A stretch of 61,152 nucleotides of DNA from Nitrospinota bacterium (GCA_046581755.1 JAYGFR010000213.1:1-61152), one strand, 5' to 3'. Numbered from the stretch's first letter, positions 19,182-28,872 are shown. Program-made: numbers and translations. Notes: generated by a model not told the origin, from the letters alone.

Positions 19182-20429
19182 TCAGGCCGCCAGCAGGCGG
19201 CGAAGAAGCGCTTTGCCCAATATAGCAGTCTGATTCTCGCACAGTTTTTCGCTGAAGGCGTCCGCCCTCGCATGGGCCGGGCCGGTGAATCTGCGCCAGA
19301 GGCCGAAGAGTCCACCCGGTTGCCGGGGCGGGCCGATCCGCCCGTTATCCCAGCTGGCCATGGCGAAGGGAACGGGTTCAGGCGATAGAACGTGATCGAC
19401 GAGCAAAAGAATCCGCCGGGGGCCTTCCCCTCCCGGGTCCTCGATGAGGGGGGCCACGACCTCCCGGTCGAAGGCTTCGATGGCCCCGGTTTTTCCCGAG
19501 ATATCTCCCCGGAGAGAGGCTTCGGCGGCCTCCTCGCCGTAGAGCAGGATGAAATCGCTGGATTGGGCGGCATGCCGGGCGGCCTCCAGCATTTCCTTTC
19601 TGCCGGCCCCGCCCGAATTTCGAGGCCGAATCGTCTCGGCCCCGCACAAGCGGCCCCATCCGGCCACAGCCGGATTGGGGGAAACGAAGGCCAGATTGCG
19701 GCGGTCCATTCCTCGGGCCAGAGGAGGAGGCCCCTGGGCCGATCCGCCCCCCCAAAGCCAAAGACTGTTCGCGACAAACATCCGGGTTTCAAGTTTTTCC
19801 TTCATCCCCGAATGCTGAGAGAGGATCATCTGAGAGTCGTTAACGATATGCACAAACCGCTTGGCCGGTTCATCCGAGGGGAGGTGCGAGTTGATCGGCT
19901 CCCCCTGGAATTCGTGGGGCGGGGAAAAGGCGTCAAGCGTTTCATCGGGCATCCGGAATCCACTTTGCCGATAGGTCAGAAGGGCCCGGCAACCACCCAT
20001 GGCGCGGAGACCGATCTCCTCGTCCGGCTCGGAAGGGAGATGCTCCCGCAGGTAGGCCGCAAGGCTGGTTCCCTCCTCGTCGGAAAGGCCACCCCCCATG
20101 GCGTCGAGCATGACCACGTTCGTCGTTCCGGGCCTCAGGCAAACGAAATTCGCGCAACAGGCGATCTCGCCCGCGCGCAAATCGATTCCCTCGCCCGCCG
20201 CCTCCAGCGGGCCGCGGGCCATTTTTTTTCCGGATCCGAGCAAAGCATGGATGGTCGCATCGGAGCTGGGCGAGGATTTGCCGGAAACCGAAACCCACGC
20301 GCCCGCCTCCCCCTCGGAGGCGATTCGATCCATCGCGGGGGTCGCCGCCGCTTCGAGAGCGGTCCGCCCCTCCAGCTCGGGAAGCGGCCTATCGGCGATG
20401 CCGCCGCCGATAAGAACGAGGACCTTCAA
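19182..20429 (-). CDS. ApgM-like alkaline-phosphatase-superfamily protein (family annotated as cofactor-independent phosphoglycerate mutase / proposed homoserine kinase), divergent
   Basis: Track ORF 19182-20576 is trimmed to TTG 20429, giving (M)KVLVLIGGGIADRPLPELEGRTALEAAATPAMDRIA, the family N-terminus. GGGAGAG lies just upstream. An alternative GTG is at 20447. It sits between hom and lysC. Several expected metal-ligand positions look substituted (see findings). Confidence 0.7.
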   Translation of the reverse strand: MKVLVLIGGGIADRPLPELEGRTALEAAATPAMDRIASEGEAGAWVSVSGKSSPSSDATIHALLGSGKKMARGPLEAAGEGIDLRAGEIACCANFVCLRPGTTNVVMLDAMGGGLSDEEGTSLAAYLREHLPSEPDEEIGLRAMGGCRALLTYRQSGFRMPDETLDAFSPPHEFQGEPINSHLPSDEPAKRFVHIVNDSQMILSQHSGMKEKLETRMFVANSLWLWGGGSAQGPPPLARGMDRRNLAFVSPNPAVAGWGRLCGAETIRPRNSGGAGRKEMLEAARHAAQSSDFILLYGEEAAEASLRGDISGKTGAIEAFDREVVAPLIEDPGGEGPRRILLLVDHVLSPEPVPFAMASWDNGRIGPPRQPGGLFGLWRRFTGPAHARADAFSEKLCENQTAILGKALLRRLLAA

Positions 20430-20460
20430 GACTCTCTCCCTGCCCACATCGTGTTGGGGA

Positions 20461-21783
20461 TTAGGCGAATTGGTTGGCGCCCGATTCCACGCGGATGAGG
20501 GCATAGCGGGCCGCCACGACATCCAGCTCCAGAATTTCGTTGAGGGCGTTTTGCATGCTCTCCTCGGCCGCTTCATACGTCATGATGACCAGCGGCACAT
20601 GGTCGTTTATTCCGGCCCGCCCTTTCTGGAGAATGGTCTCCAGGCCGATAGCCTGGTTTCCGAATACGCCGGTTATGCGGCTCAGGACCCCTGGATTGTC
20701 CAGCGCCGAGAAACGAATGTAGAAGGGTGAGCGCACTTCCTTGGCCGAGAGAATTTCAAGCCTCTTCCGGGAGTCCGGAAGAAAGGCCGCGGCCGGAAGG
20801 CGCGACTGGCTGCCGCTTCGGAGCCACCTGGCGATTTCGACGATATCCCCCACCACGGCGCTCGCCGTGGCGGTCGAGCCGGCGCCCTGCCCGATGAAGG
20901 CCTGCAGACCTGCGTTGGCGCACGAGAGGGCGATGGAGTTGAACACGCCGCCCACCTGCGCGAGGGGATGGCGCTCGGGCAACATGGCCGGATGAACGCG
21001 GATATCGAGCTTTCCTCCGGCCTGGCGCGCGATGGCGATGAGCTTCACCCGGTAGCCCAGCTCGCGTGCGAACGAGATGTCGATGGGATCGATGGTGCGA
21101 ATGCCCTCGGTCGGGATGGCGTCGATATCCACCGGCGTTCCGTAGGCGATGTTCGCGAGAATGGCGATCTTGTGGCAGGCGTCCACCCCGTCGATATCGA
21201 ACGCCGGATCGGCTTCGGCGTAGCCCAGGTCCTGGGCGGCACGGAGGGTTTCGCCGAAGTCGGCCCCTTTCTCGGTCATTTCGGTGAGAATGTAGTTGCA
21301 GGTTCCGTTGAGAATGCCCGCGATGCCCTCGATCCGGTCGGCGGCGAACGCCTCGCGCAAATTGCGCACGATGGGAATGCCGCCCGCCACCGAGGCCTCG
21401 AATCCCAGGGGGCATCCCGCTTTTTCCGCGGAGGCGAAAATCTCCTCCCCGTGCACCGCCAGAACCGCCTTGTTGGCGGTGACGACCGGCTTGACCTTGC
21501 GAAAGGCGCGCAGAATATGCTTGCGCGCGTCATCGATCCCGCCGATGAGTTCGGCGACGATATCGATTTCCGGATCGTCTATCAGGCCATCGTAGTCCGT
21601 GTTCAGATTTTCCCTGGAAACCCCTTTGGCGGATTTTTTGTGGGCGCTCCGGTCGGCGATGCGGCCCACCACGACGTCCACGCCGAGGCGCCGCCGGATG
21701 AGGTCGCTCTGCTCGTTCAGCAGTTCAACCACCCCGGAGCCCACGGTCCCCAGGCCCAAAATACCCACTCGAATTTTATCCAT
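20461..21783 (-). CDS. hom: Homoserine dehydrogenase
   Basis: 440 aa: MDKIRVGILGLGTVGSGVVELL, with a C-terminal ACT domain. Confidence 0.92.
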   Translation of the reverse strand: MDKIRVGILGLGTVGSGVVELLNEQSDLIRRRLGVDVVVGRIADRSAHKKSAKGVSRENLNTDYDGLIDDPEIDIVAELIGGIDDARKHILRAFRKVKPVVTANKAVLAVHGEEIFASAEKAGCPLGFEASVAGGIPIVRNLREAFAADRIEGIAGILNGTCNYILTEMTEKGADFGETLRAAQDLGYAEADPAFDIDGVDACHKIAILANIAYGTPVDIDAIPTEGIRTIDPIDISFARELGYRVKLIAIARQAGGKLDIRVHPAMLPERHPLAQVGGVFNSIALSCANAGLQAFIGQGAGSTATASAVVGDIVEIARWLRSGSQSRLPAAAFLPDSRKRLEILSAKEVRSPFYIRFSALDNPGVLSRITGVFGNQAIGLETILQKGRAGINDHVPLVIMTYEAAEESMQNALNEILELDVVAARYALIRVESGANQFA

Positions 21784-21812
21784 GAATTCTCTTCAACGGT
21801 TCGGAGCGCCGG

Positions 21813-23009
21813 TTAGCCCGCCGTCCGATCCGAGGTTTGGCCCTGAAATACGGGGCGTAGATTCCGGATCGCCTGGCGGATTCGGTGTTCGTTCTCTACG
21901 AGGGCGAATCTGACGTGGCCGTCGCCAAGTTCCCCGAAACCGATTCCGGGCGCGACCGCGACATTGGATTCCTTCAATAAATGTTTGACGAATTCGAGCG
22001 AGCCCATGTGCTTGAAGGACTCGGGAATTTCCGCCCAGACGAACATCGTCCCGCGCGGTTTTTGCACCGCCCAACCGAGTCGCCCGAGGCCTTCGCAAAG
22101 CGCGTCGCGGCGATTCTGATAGGTCTGCCTGATGTCGTCAACACAATCCTGGGGCCCGTTCAGGGCGATGATCGAGGCGATTTGAATCGGCTGAAACGCA
22201 CCGTAATCGAGATAGCTTTTAATTCGCCGGAGCGCCTCGATGATCTGGTGGTTCCCCACCGCGAACCCGATGCGCCAGCCGGGCATCGAGTAGCTCTTGG
22301 ACAGGGAGAAGAGCTCCACCCCCACGTCCTTGGCGCCCGGAACCTCGAGCATGCTCGGTGGCTGATACCCGTCGAACCCTAGGTCGGCATAGGCGAAATC
22401 GTGGATCAATATCAAATTGTATTCCTTGGCAAAGGCCACCAGCTTCTCGAAGAAACCGATATCGACGCACACCGTTGTCGGATTATGCGGGAAGCTCAGG
22501 ATCAAAATTTTGGGCCGGGGCCAGATGGGCCGGATCACATCCGTCAGGTTGTTGAAAAAGTCGTCTCCCTGGGCGAGCGGAACGTGCACCACGATTCCGT
22601 TCGCCAATACGATTGCGTAGGTGTGAATGGGATAGGTCGGACTCGGAACCATGACCAAATCGCCCGGATTCGTGATCGCGAGGCAAAGGTGGGAGATTCC
22701 CTCTTTCGCCCCGATCGTGACTATGGCCTCCCGGTCGGGATCGATGTCCACGTCGAATCTGCGCCCGTACCAGTCCGAGATGGCCTTTCGCAGCTTGGTG
22801 ATGCCGCGCGAGGCGCTGTAGCGGTGGTTTCGCGGATTTGCGGCTGCCTCGACCAGCTTTTCGACGATATGGGGGGGCGTCGGGAGGTCCGGATTTCCCA
22901 TCCCGAAATCGATCACGTCCTCGCCCCGCTGCCGCGCGGAGAGTTTGAGCTCGTCCACGGCGGCGAACACATAGGGCGGAAGGCGGGTGATCCGCTGAAA
23001 TTCATGCAT
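21813..23009 (-). CDS. PLP-dependent aminotransferase, class I (AlaA/AspC-like)
   Basis: 398 aa: [37 protein letters not shown]...[18 protein letters not shown] (the PLP lysine motif). Confidence 0.88.
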   Translation of the reverse strand: MHEFQRITRLPPYVFAAVDELKLSARQRGEDVIDFGMGNPDLPTPPHIVEKLVEAAANPRNHRYSASRGITKLRKAISDWYGRRFDVDIDPDREAIVTIGAKEGISHLCLAITNPGDLVMVPSPTYPIHTYAIVLANGIVVHVPLAQGDDFFNNLTDVIRPIWPRPKILILSFPHNPTTVCVDIGFFEKLVAFAKEYNLILIHDFAYADLGFDGYQPPSMLEVPGAKDVGVELFSLSKSYSMPGWRIGFAVGNHQIIEALRRIKSYLDYGAFQPIQIASIIALNGPQDCVDDIRQTYQNRRDALCEGLGRLGWAVQKPRGTMFVWAEIPESFKHMGSLEFVKHLLKESNVAVAPGIGFGELGDGHVRFALVENEHRIRQAIRNLRPVFQGQTSDRTAG

Positions 23010-23026
23010 TTTCCGTCAATCCGCCT

Positions 23027-24019
23027 CTACGGGTAAATCGGAACGCGATCCGGGCCTACCGCAATATTTTTCCCGGACATGTCACCGGTCATGAATGCCC
23101 GGCCCTCGGGGTCTCCCGCCGAATGGCCATCCGCCGAATGGCCATTTGCCTCACCCACCGCCGCCAGCATGGCCTCGCGGGCGTTATAGGAGCTGCGGAC
23201 AAACGGGCCTGCATATATGTGGGCGAATCCAAATTTCATTCCCGCCGCCCGGTAACGCTCGAAGGTGTCGGGGTGAACGTACTCGCGGACGGGGAGCGCC
23301 TTTTTTCGCGGCTGGAGATATTGCCCGATGGTCATGATCTGGCAATCTACATCAGGCCGCCTGAGATCCTCCATCAACTCGAAAACGTCTTCTTCGGTTT
23401 CCCCCAGCCCCACCATCGTTCCGCTTTTGGTCGTCATGTTCGGATTGATCTCCCGGGCCATCCCGATCACCCGGAGGGAACGATCGTAATCCCCCTTGGG
23501 CCGCGTCTTTTTGAACAAGCGCTTCACCGTTTCGATATTGTGGTTGAAAACGTCCGGCTTTGCCCGAACGACCGTTTCCACGGCCCTGAAATTACCCATG
23601 AAATCCGAAACCAGCACTTCGACGGTCGCCTCGGGAAGACGCTCGCGAATCGCCTCTATCGTGGCCACCACGTGCCCCGCCGCGCCATCGGGGAGATCGT
23701 CCCGGTTCACCATCGTGACGACCACATGCTGAAGCCCGAGCCGGGCGGCGGTCTCTCCCACATGGCCCGGCTCTTCCCAATCCAGAGGCCCCGGATCGCC
23801 CTTTTCCACCGAGCAGTATCCGCATGTCCGCGTGCAAATATCGCCGCCAATCATAAAAGTGGCGGTCCCCCGGGCAAAACATTCGAACAAATTGGGACAC
23901 CGGGCCTCCTCGCACACCGTGAAAAGACGGTTCTCCCTCAAGAGAGCCTTGAGTCTGTGCGCCTGACTCGGATTCGGAAGGCGCTTGACCAGCCATGGCG
24001 GAAATCTGCGCGAAACCAT
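23027..24019 (-). CDS. lipA: Lipoyl synthase with a C-terminal extension
   Basis: The track ORF is trimmed to ATG 24019 (MVSRRFPPWLVKRLP), with AGAGGA 6 nt upstream. The cluster motifs are CEEARCPNLFEC and CTRTCGYCSV (radical SAM CxxxCxxC). There is a ~40-aa tail ...ANGHSADGHSAGDPEGRAFMTGDMSGKNIAVGPDRVPIYP. Confidence 0.9.
   Translation of the reverse strand: MVSRRFPPWLVKRLPNPSQAHRLKALLRENRLFTVCEEARCPNLFECFARGTATFMIGGDICTRTCGYCSVEKGDPGPLDWEEPGHVGETAARLGLQHVVVTMVNRDDLPDGAAGHVVATIEAIRERLPEATVEVLVSDFMGNFRAVETVVRAKPDVFNHNIETVKRLFKKTRPKGDYDRSLRVIGMAREINPNMTTKSGTMVGLGETEEDVFELMEDLRRPDVDCQIMTIGQYLQPRKKALPVREYVHPDTFERYRAAGMKFGFAHIYAGPFVRSSYNAREAMLAAVGEANGHSADGHSAGDPEGRAFMTGDMSGKNIAVGPDRVPIYP
23116..23145. 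repeat. Perfect 15-nt tandem duplication (ccgccgaatggccat x2) inside the lipA tail
   Basis: Read directly: 23116-23130 equals 23131-23145. It encodes GHSA-D-GHSA on the minus strand. Confidence 0.9.
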
Positions 24020-24140
24020 TGAAAATCCTCTGCCTCCGGATAACAAGCCGAGGCATATTAGAAACGCCGTCCGGGAGTGTCAAGGAGCGGGGAATCCGAC
24101 GGAAACGGTGCGGATAGGGCTTGAATGGGATATCTGAATT

Positions 24141-24914
24141 CTAGAGCGGGACAATTTGCCCCCCCTGTAGCGAGGTTTTTGCCCGAAGTGATTGCAGGGT
24201 CCGCAGGGCGGACTCTCGGTCCGGGAACCGGCCCACCCGAATTCGGAGCCATGCGCCCCTTTCCTTGATCTCGACCCGCTGAATAAAGGCGGAAAAACCC
24301 TTGTCTCGAAGTTTCCGCAAAATGCGGATGGCTCTTTCGGGCTTTTGGACCGAATGAACCTGGATAGTGAAGAGCATCCCCCGATTGGTTGACTTGGTTT
24401 TCGGGGAGATCGCTTTCGCGGGAGCCCTGCCGCCGATGGAGATGAGTCCGGGTTTGGTTTTGGGGGTGGAGCCGTTTTTCGCCTGCGCGGGAGTTCTCGG
24501 GGCGGGGATCGGAGCGCGCCCCGAGCGGGCACTCTTCGCCGGAGCGGGAGCGTTCAGTAGCTTCAGGGGGCCCATTTTTTCGCCATTTGGTTTATTTTTT
24601 TCCAAAAGAACCTTGTAAAAACTCGGCTCAATCCTCGTTGTCTCGTTATTCCGTCCCGAATCTGTGCCAAGGCTGGAAATCCGAACGGTCACCTCCCGCT
24701 CGTTCGAGGATGAAACCGCGGTTGCCGACCTCGCTATCGCCAATCCGCGCCGGGCCTCTTCGCTCAGTTGGCGCTCGGCCATGACATATCCCAGGCCAAA
24801 CGAAATGACGAGCACCACCAACGCCCCGCCAGCGGCCAAATATATCTGATATCGGGTGCAGGAATAGGCGATCCCGGAAGGGCCAGGGGAATGCGGCCTG
24901 GGTTTCAACGCCAT
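24141..24914 (-). CDS. SPOR domain-containing membrane protein
   Basis: 257 aa. It has an N-terminal TM segment (YLAAGGALVVLVISFGLGYVMA), a low-complexity linker, and a C-terminal SPOR-like fold FTIQVHSVQKPERAIRILRKLRDKGFSAFIQRVEIKERGAWLRIRVGRF. It lies downstream of argS, as in many proteobacteria. Confidence 0.75.
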   Translation of the reverse strand: MALKPRPHSPGPSGIAYSCTRYQIYLAAGGALVVLVISFGLGYVMAERQLSEEARRGLAIARSATAVSSSNEREVTVRISSLGTDSGRNNETTRIEPSFYKVLLEKNKPNGEKMGPLKLLNAPAPAKSARSGRAPIPAPRTPAQAKNGSTPKTKPGLISIGGRAPAKAISPKTKSTNRGMLFTIQVHSVQKPERAIRILRKLRDKGFSAFIQRVEIKERGAWLRIRVGRFPDRESALRTLQSLRAKTSLQGGQIVPL

Positions 24915-25043
24915 CTGTCAATGAACTCCACCGGGCGGATGGAGGGCGACCGGGACCCCTTGGGCTCCCTTGGAAACTCAAAACCCGATGGACCACGGCC
25001 GCACATTCATTCTACCTCAAATGGACGGCCCGGGTGCAAGTAT

Positions 25044-26711
25044 CTACATGCGGCCGGGTGCGGTCACGCCCAGCAGATCGAGCCCATTCTTTAAAACGGT
25101 TTGGACACACTGGACCAGGCAAAGCCGCGCCTTCGTAACGGCGGGCTCCTGATCCAGGACCCGGTGCGCGTTGTAGTAGCCGTGAAATTGCTTTGTGAGC
25201 GCCATCAAATAAAACGTGATGTGGTGGGGCTCCAGCCGATCGGCCGCGAGCTGGACCACCCCGGGCCATTCGAGCACCGTCTTCGCCAGGACATGCTCCT
25301 CGGGCAGGCGCAGCCCGCCGGCCGGAATCCCCCCCGCCAAATCGAACGCGGCCCCTCGTTCCTCCGCCTGACGAAACAGGCTGCATGTCCTGGCATGAGC
25401 GTATTGCACATAAAAAACGGGATTCTCGCTCGATTGCTCCTTGGCCAGATCCAGATCGAATTCCAGGGCGCTGTCCACGCTCCGCATCAGAAAGAAAAAC
25501 CGGGCCGCATCGACACCCACCTCTTCCACCACCGTGGAAAGCTCTTCGAACTGCCCCGCCCGCGTGCTCATTTGCACCGGCCTGCCGCTGCGCCGAAGGC
25601 TGACAAACTGGACGAAGAGCACCTCCAGGCGCGAGGGGTCGATTCCCAGCATATCCAGGGAGGCTTTCACCCGGGGGAGATAGCCGTGATGGTCGGCCCC
25701 CCAGATGTTGATGCACCGCTCGAATCCGCGTTCGAATTTTTGTTGGTGATAGGCGATGTCCGAAGCCAGATAGGTGGGCCTTCCATCCTTGCGGACGACG
25801 ACGCGATCCTTCTCGTCGCCGTACTGGCTGGACTTCAGCCATCGAGCGTCATCTTCCTCATAGATGTGTCCGGAATCCTCGAACGCCCGGACGGCCTTGT
25901 CCACGGTGCCCGAGTCGAAGAGGGATTTTTCGCTGAACCAATCGTCGAAATCCACTCGAAAGGCTTTCAGATCGTCCTTGATATTTTCGAGTATCAAATT
26001 GGATGTATATGTTGCGGACGCCTTGGTGATGGCCTCCTCATCATCCCCGGCGCCGAGGATCAAGCTCTGATACTTCTCGTCCGCCGCGATATCCTTGATG
26101 TAATCACCCGAATAGAGATTTTCGGGAAATTCGACATCCTCTCCCCCGGATTGTCGGTAGCGGATATGGGCGGACTTTCCCAGCATCGCCATCTGGTTGC
26201 CCGCATCGTTGACGTAGTATTCCCGGTGCACCCGGTGTCCGGTGGCCTCGAGGATTCGCCCGAGTACATCCCCGACGACTGCCCCTCTTCCGTGCCCGAT
26301 ATGCAGCGGCCCCGTCGGATTGGCGCTGACGAATTCGAGGAGGACCTTGCTCCCCTTTCCGAAATCGCTCTTCCCAAAGACGGCGGGCTCGTTCAGCACC
26401 GAAGAGAGACTGGTGGCCAGAAAATCCGTCTTGAGAAAAAAATTAAAAAAACCGGGTTTCTCCACCCGGACATCCGCCAGCACACCGCTTGTGTCCACGA
26501 AACATTTCTTGATGCACTCGGCAATGACGATCGGGGGCTTGCGCTCGGATTTGGCCAGGAGCATGGCGATGTTCGTCGCGTAATCCCCATGCGCTTCATT
26601 CCCGGGAACCGCGATTTCGATGGGAGGATACTCTTTCGTGACCAGTGCGCCGCTATCGAGGGCGGCCTCCATGGCCTCGCGCATCATGGTCTCCAGCAAT
26701 TCTTTGATCAC
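25044..26711 (-). CDS. argS: Arginine--tRNA ligase
   Basis: 555 aa. The HIGH-type motif is SANPTGPLHIGHGRGAVVGD, the KMSK-like motif is QMSTRAGQ, and a DALR anticodon-binding C-terminus is present. Confidence 0.95.
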   Translation of the reverse strand: MIKELLETMMREAMEAALDSGALVTKEYPPIEIAVPGNEAHGDYATNIAMLLAKSERKPPIVIAECIKKCFVDTSGVLADVRVEKPGFFNFFLKTDFLATSLSSVLNEPAVFGKSDFGKGSKVLLEFVSANPTGPLHIGHGRGAVVGDVLGRILEATGHRVHREYYVNDAGNQMAMLGKSAHIRYRQSGGEDVEFPENLYSGDYIKDIAADEKYQSLILGAGDDEEAITKASATYTSNLILENIKDDLKAFRVDFDDWFSEKSLFDSGTVDKAVRAFEDSGHIYEEDDARWLKSSQYGDEKDRVVVRKDGRPTYLASDIAYHQQKFERGFERCINIWGADHHGYLPRVKASLDMLGIDPSRLEVLFVQFVSLRRSGRPVQMSTRAGQFEELSTVVEEVGVDAARFFFLMRSVDSALEFDLDLAKEQSSENPVFYVQYAHARTCSLFRQAEERGAAFDLAGGIPAGGLRLPEEHVLAKTVLEWPGVVQLAADRLEPHHITFYLMALTKQFHGYYNAHRVLDQEPAVTKARLCLVQCVQTVLKNGLDLLGVTAPGRM

Positions 26712-26722
26712 CTTGCAAACTC

Positions 26723-27466
26723 CTAGGACGATTGCGGCTGCCGCGCCGGAAGAGATATCCCCATGTGGAACGAAATGAGCGCACGGGCCGCCCGAACGAT
26801 CTCACCCTGTATCGTGGGATGAAACCGGACGGATTGAATTTTGCCGGGGGCGAGGCCAAGCGCCTCCGCGAACGCCTTGACGGAGCCGGCCTTGAGGCGG
26901 ACGGCCTGCCCCGCGGGAAGCGCACAACGAGTGCAACGAAGCTCGCCCGCCGCAATATCGAGGGCGGCCCTCTCGCTCCCCGGCTTTTTCGAGCATGAAT
27001 GGCAATACATCAAACCCGGCGAAATGCCCAGCCTCCGAAGCATACCCGCAATAAAAATAGCCTCGACACTCCCCGCATCCGCTCCCGCGTCCAGCGCCTC
27101 GAGCGCGGCGATGAGCCAATCGAAATGCTCCTCGTCCCCTTCGCCCGCGCCGAAAATCCGGTCCATGGATTTGAGAATAGCCGCCGCCGCGTTCATCGCG
27201 TCCAGGTCCGCCCAAAGGCGGTGGAACACGCCCACCGTATCGCAATGGCGAAGCGTCCCCAGATTTCCCGACGCGCGCATCGACCACTCGGCGTGGATCC
27301 GGCTCGCGGGCTCGAACCCCACCCCGATTTTACTTTTCGGGGATCGGGCGCCCCGCGCCACCACCCGTATCTTGCCCTCGCTCCGGGCAAGGAAGGTGGC
27401 GATGAGACTGGTGTTCGAGTAGGGACTCGTACCCAGTACGACCGCCTCGTCCGCATGGATACTCAC
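26723..27466 (-). CDS. recO: DNA repair protein RecO
   Basis: Track ORF 26723-27595 is trimmed to GTG 27466 ((M)SIHADEAVVLGTSPYSNTSLIATFLARSEGKIRVVARGARSPKSK), preceded by GGGAGGGGGGGG. The zinc motif is CHSC...CTRC. The product is 247 aa. Confidence 0.85.
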   Translation of the reverse strand: MSIHADEAVVLGTSPYSNTSLIATFLARSEGKIRVVARGARSPKSKIGVGFEPASRIHAEWSMRASGNLGTLRHCDTVGVFHRLWADLDAMNAAAAILKSMDRIFGAGEGDEEHFDWLIAALEALDAGADAGSVEAIFIAGMLRRLGISPGLMYCHSCSKKPGSERAALDIAAGELRCTRCALPAGQAVRLKAGSVKAFAEALGLAPGKIQSVRFHPTIQGEIVRAARALISFHMGISLPARQPQSS

Positions 27467-27646
27467 CGCCCCCCCCTCCCGCCGGGCTTTGGCCCGCAAA
27501 ACCTTGCTCCGATACTGGGGAATGGGTCCTAAATCAACCCATTTGCAGGAATCTGGCTCTTGACGGAATGAAATAGATATGGGATAGCATTTCACGCGTT
27601 AAATGTCTTGCTCATCGGCTACAGGCGAAGGAGGTGTTAACCACAT

Positions 27647-27835
27647 ATGCCAGGAGTAAAGGTACACGAGGGAGATTCCATCGACAAGGCGCTGAAGCAG
27701 TTCAAAAAACAGTGCGAAAAGTCGGGGATCCTCACCGAAATCAAAAAGAGAGAGTACTACGAAAAACCCAGCGTCAAACGCAAGCGAAAGATGCTAGCCG
27801 CCCGGAAAAAGAGGATCAGAGCCCAGCGCCGGTAA
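27647..27835 (+). CDS. rpsU: 30S ribosomal protein S21
   Basis: 62 aa: [56 protein letters not shown] lies 11 nt upstream. Confidence 0.93.
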   Translation: MPGVKVHEGDSIDKALKQFKKQCEKSGILTEIKKREYYEKPSVKRKRKMLAARKKRIRAQRR

Positions 27836-27880
27836 CCGATCCTCGTCCGGCACCGATGTCCCCGCTCTTCTTCAACCGTT

Positions 27881-28813
27881 TTAAACCTCGAACCCCAAAT
27901 CGCGTAGCGCCGAGTCGCGTTGGCGCCAGTTGGGTTTGATCCGCACGTGGAGCCCCAGGAATATCTTCTCGCCCAGCCTGTTTTCGATATCGGCCCGGGC
28001 GAACTGCCCGATCTGCTTGAGGCGGGAGCCCCCCTTGCCGATCACGATTCCCCGCTGGCTCTTCCGCTCCACGAAAATGTTGGCCTCGACTCGCATGAGC
28101 CCCGTCTCCGGATCGCGCTCCATCTCGATCACCTGGACCGCCACGGCATAGGGGACCTCCCGGTGAAGCTGGCGGTAGATCTGCTCGCGTACAAACTCCT
28201 CGATGAGGACCCGCTCCGGCGAATCCGTCACCATGCCGGGAGGGAAATAGCGAGGCCCCTCGGGCAGGGAGGCTTTCAGCGCCTCGAGCATGGCCTCCAC
28301 GTTATCGCCCTTGAGCGCCGAGATCGGAAAATGCTCCTCGAACGATTTCATGCGGGAATACCGCTCGACCAGGGGAAGCATTTTCCGCTTGTCCTTGATG
28401 AGATCCACCTTGTTGAGGATGAAGAAGAACGATGTGCCCGCACTTTCGAGCAATTCGAGAGCCTGGAGATCGGCCCTCTCATCGTGGCCGTCCGTCATGA
28501 ACAGAATAATGTCCACCCCGGAGGCGGCCGCTTTCGCCTCCTCGAGAAGAAACCGGCCCAGCTTCGAGGCCGGGCGCTCGAGGCCGGGGGTGTCGGTAAA
28601 AACCATCTGGACCTCGGGCCGGGTGTAGACGCCCAGGAGGCGGCGTCGCGTCGTGCCCGGCTTGTGGGTGATGATGGCCAACTTTTGATCCAGTATCCGG
28701 TTCAGGAGGGTGGATTTCCCAACGTTGGGCCGCCCGACGATGGCCACGAATCCCGAGCGGTGGCCGGGCGGCGGGGCCTCCCTCGCGCCGGCGCCGGTCA
28801 GGAGGAAATCCAT
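27881..28813 (-). CDS. era: GTPase Era
   Basis: Track ORF 27881-28957 is trimmed to ATG 28813 (MDFLLTGAG...GFVAIVGRPNVGKSTLLN). It has G motifs DTPG and NKVD and a C-terminal KH domain. The product is 310 aa. Confidence 0.92.
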   Translation of the reverse strand: MDFLLTGAGAREAPPPGHRSGFVAIVGRPNVGKSTLLNRILDQKLAIITHKPGTTRRRLLGVYTRPEVQMVFTDTPGLERPASKLGRFLLEEAKAAASGVDIILFMTDGHDERADLQALELLESAGTSFFFILNKVDLIKDKRKMLPLVERYSRMKSFEEHFPISALKGDNVEAMLEALKASLPEGPRYFPPGMVTDSPERVLIEEFVREQIYRQLHREVPYAVAVQVIEMERDPETGLMRVEANIFVERKSQRGIVIGKGGSRLKQIGQFARADIENRLGEKIFLGLHVRIKPNWRQRDSALRDLGFEV

Positions 28814-28872
28814 GGATCCGGCCCCTGGCGGGCCTGGGCGGAGTCTGCCTTTGTTCGCCACAGGGGAAGGCC

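Noticed and set aside
25101-26726. A 541-aa plus-strand ORF spans the whole of argS on the opposite strand.
   Set aside because: Its composition is Arg/Gly/Pro/His-rich with no recognisable motifs. The minus-strand frame encodes a complete ArgRS with HIGH- and KMSK-type motifs. Long antisense ORFs are expected in high-GC DNA because stop codons are AT-rich.
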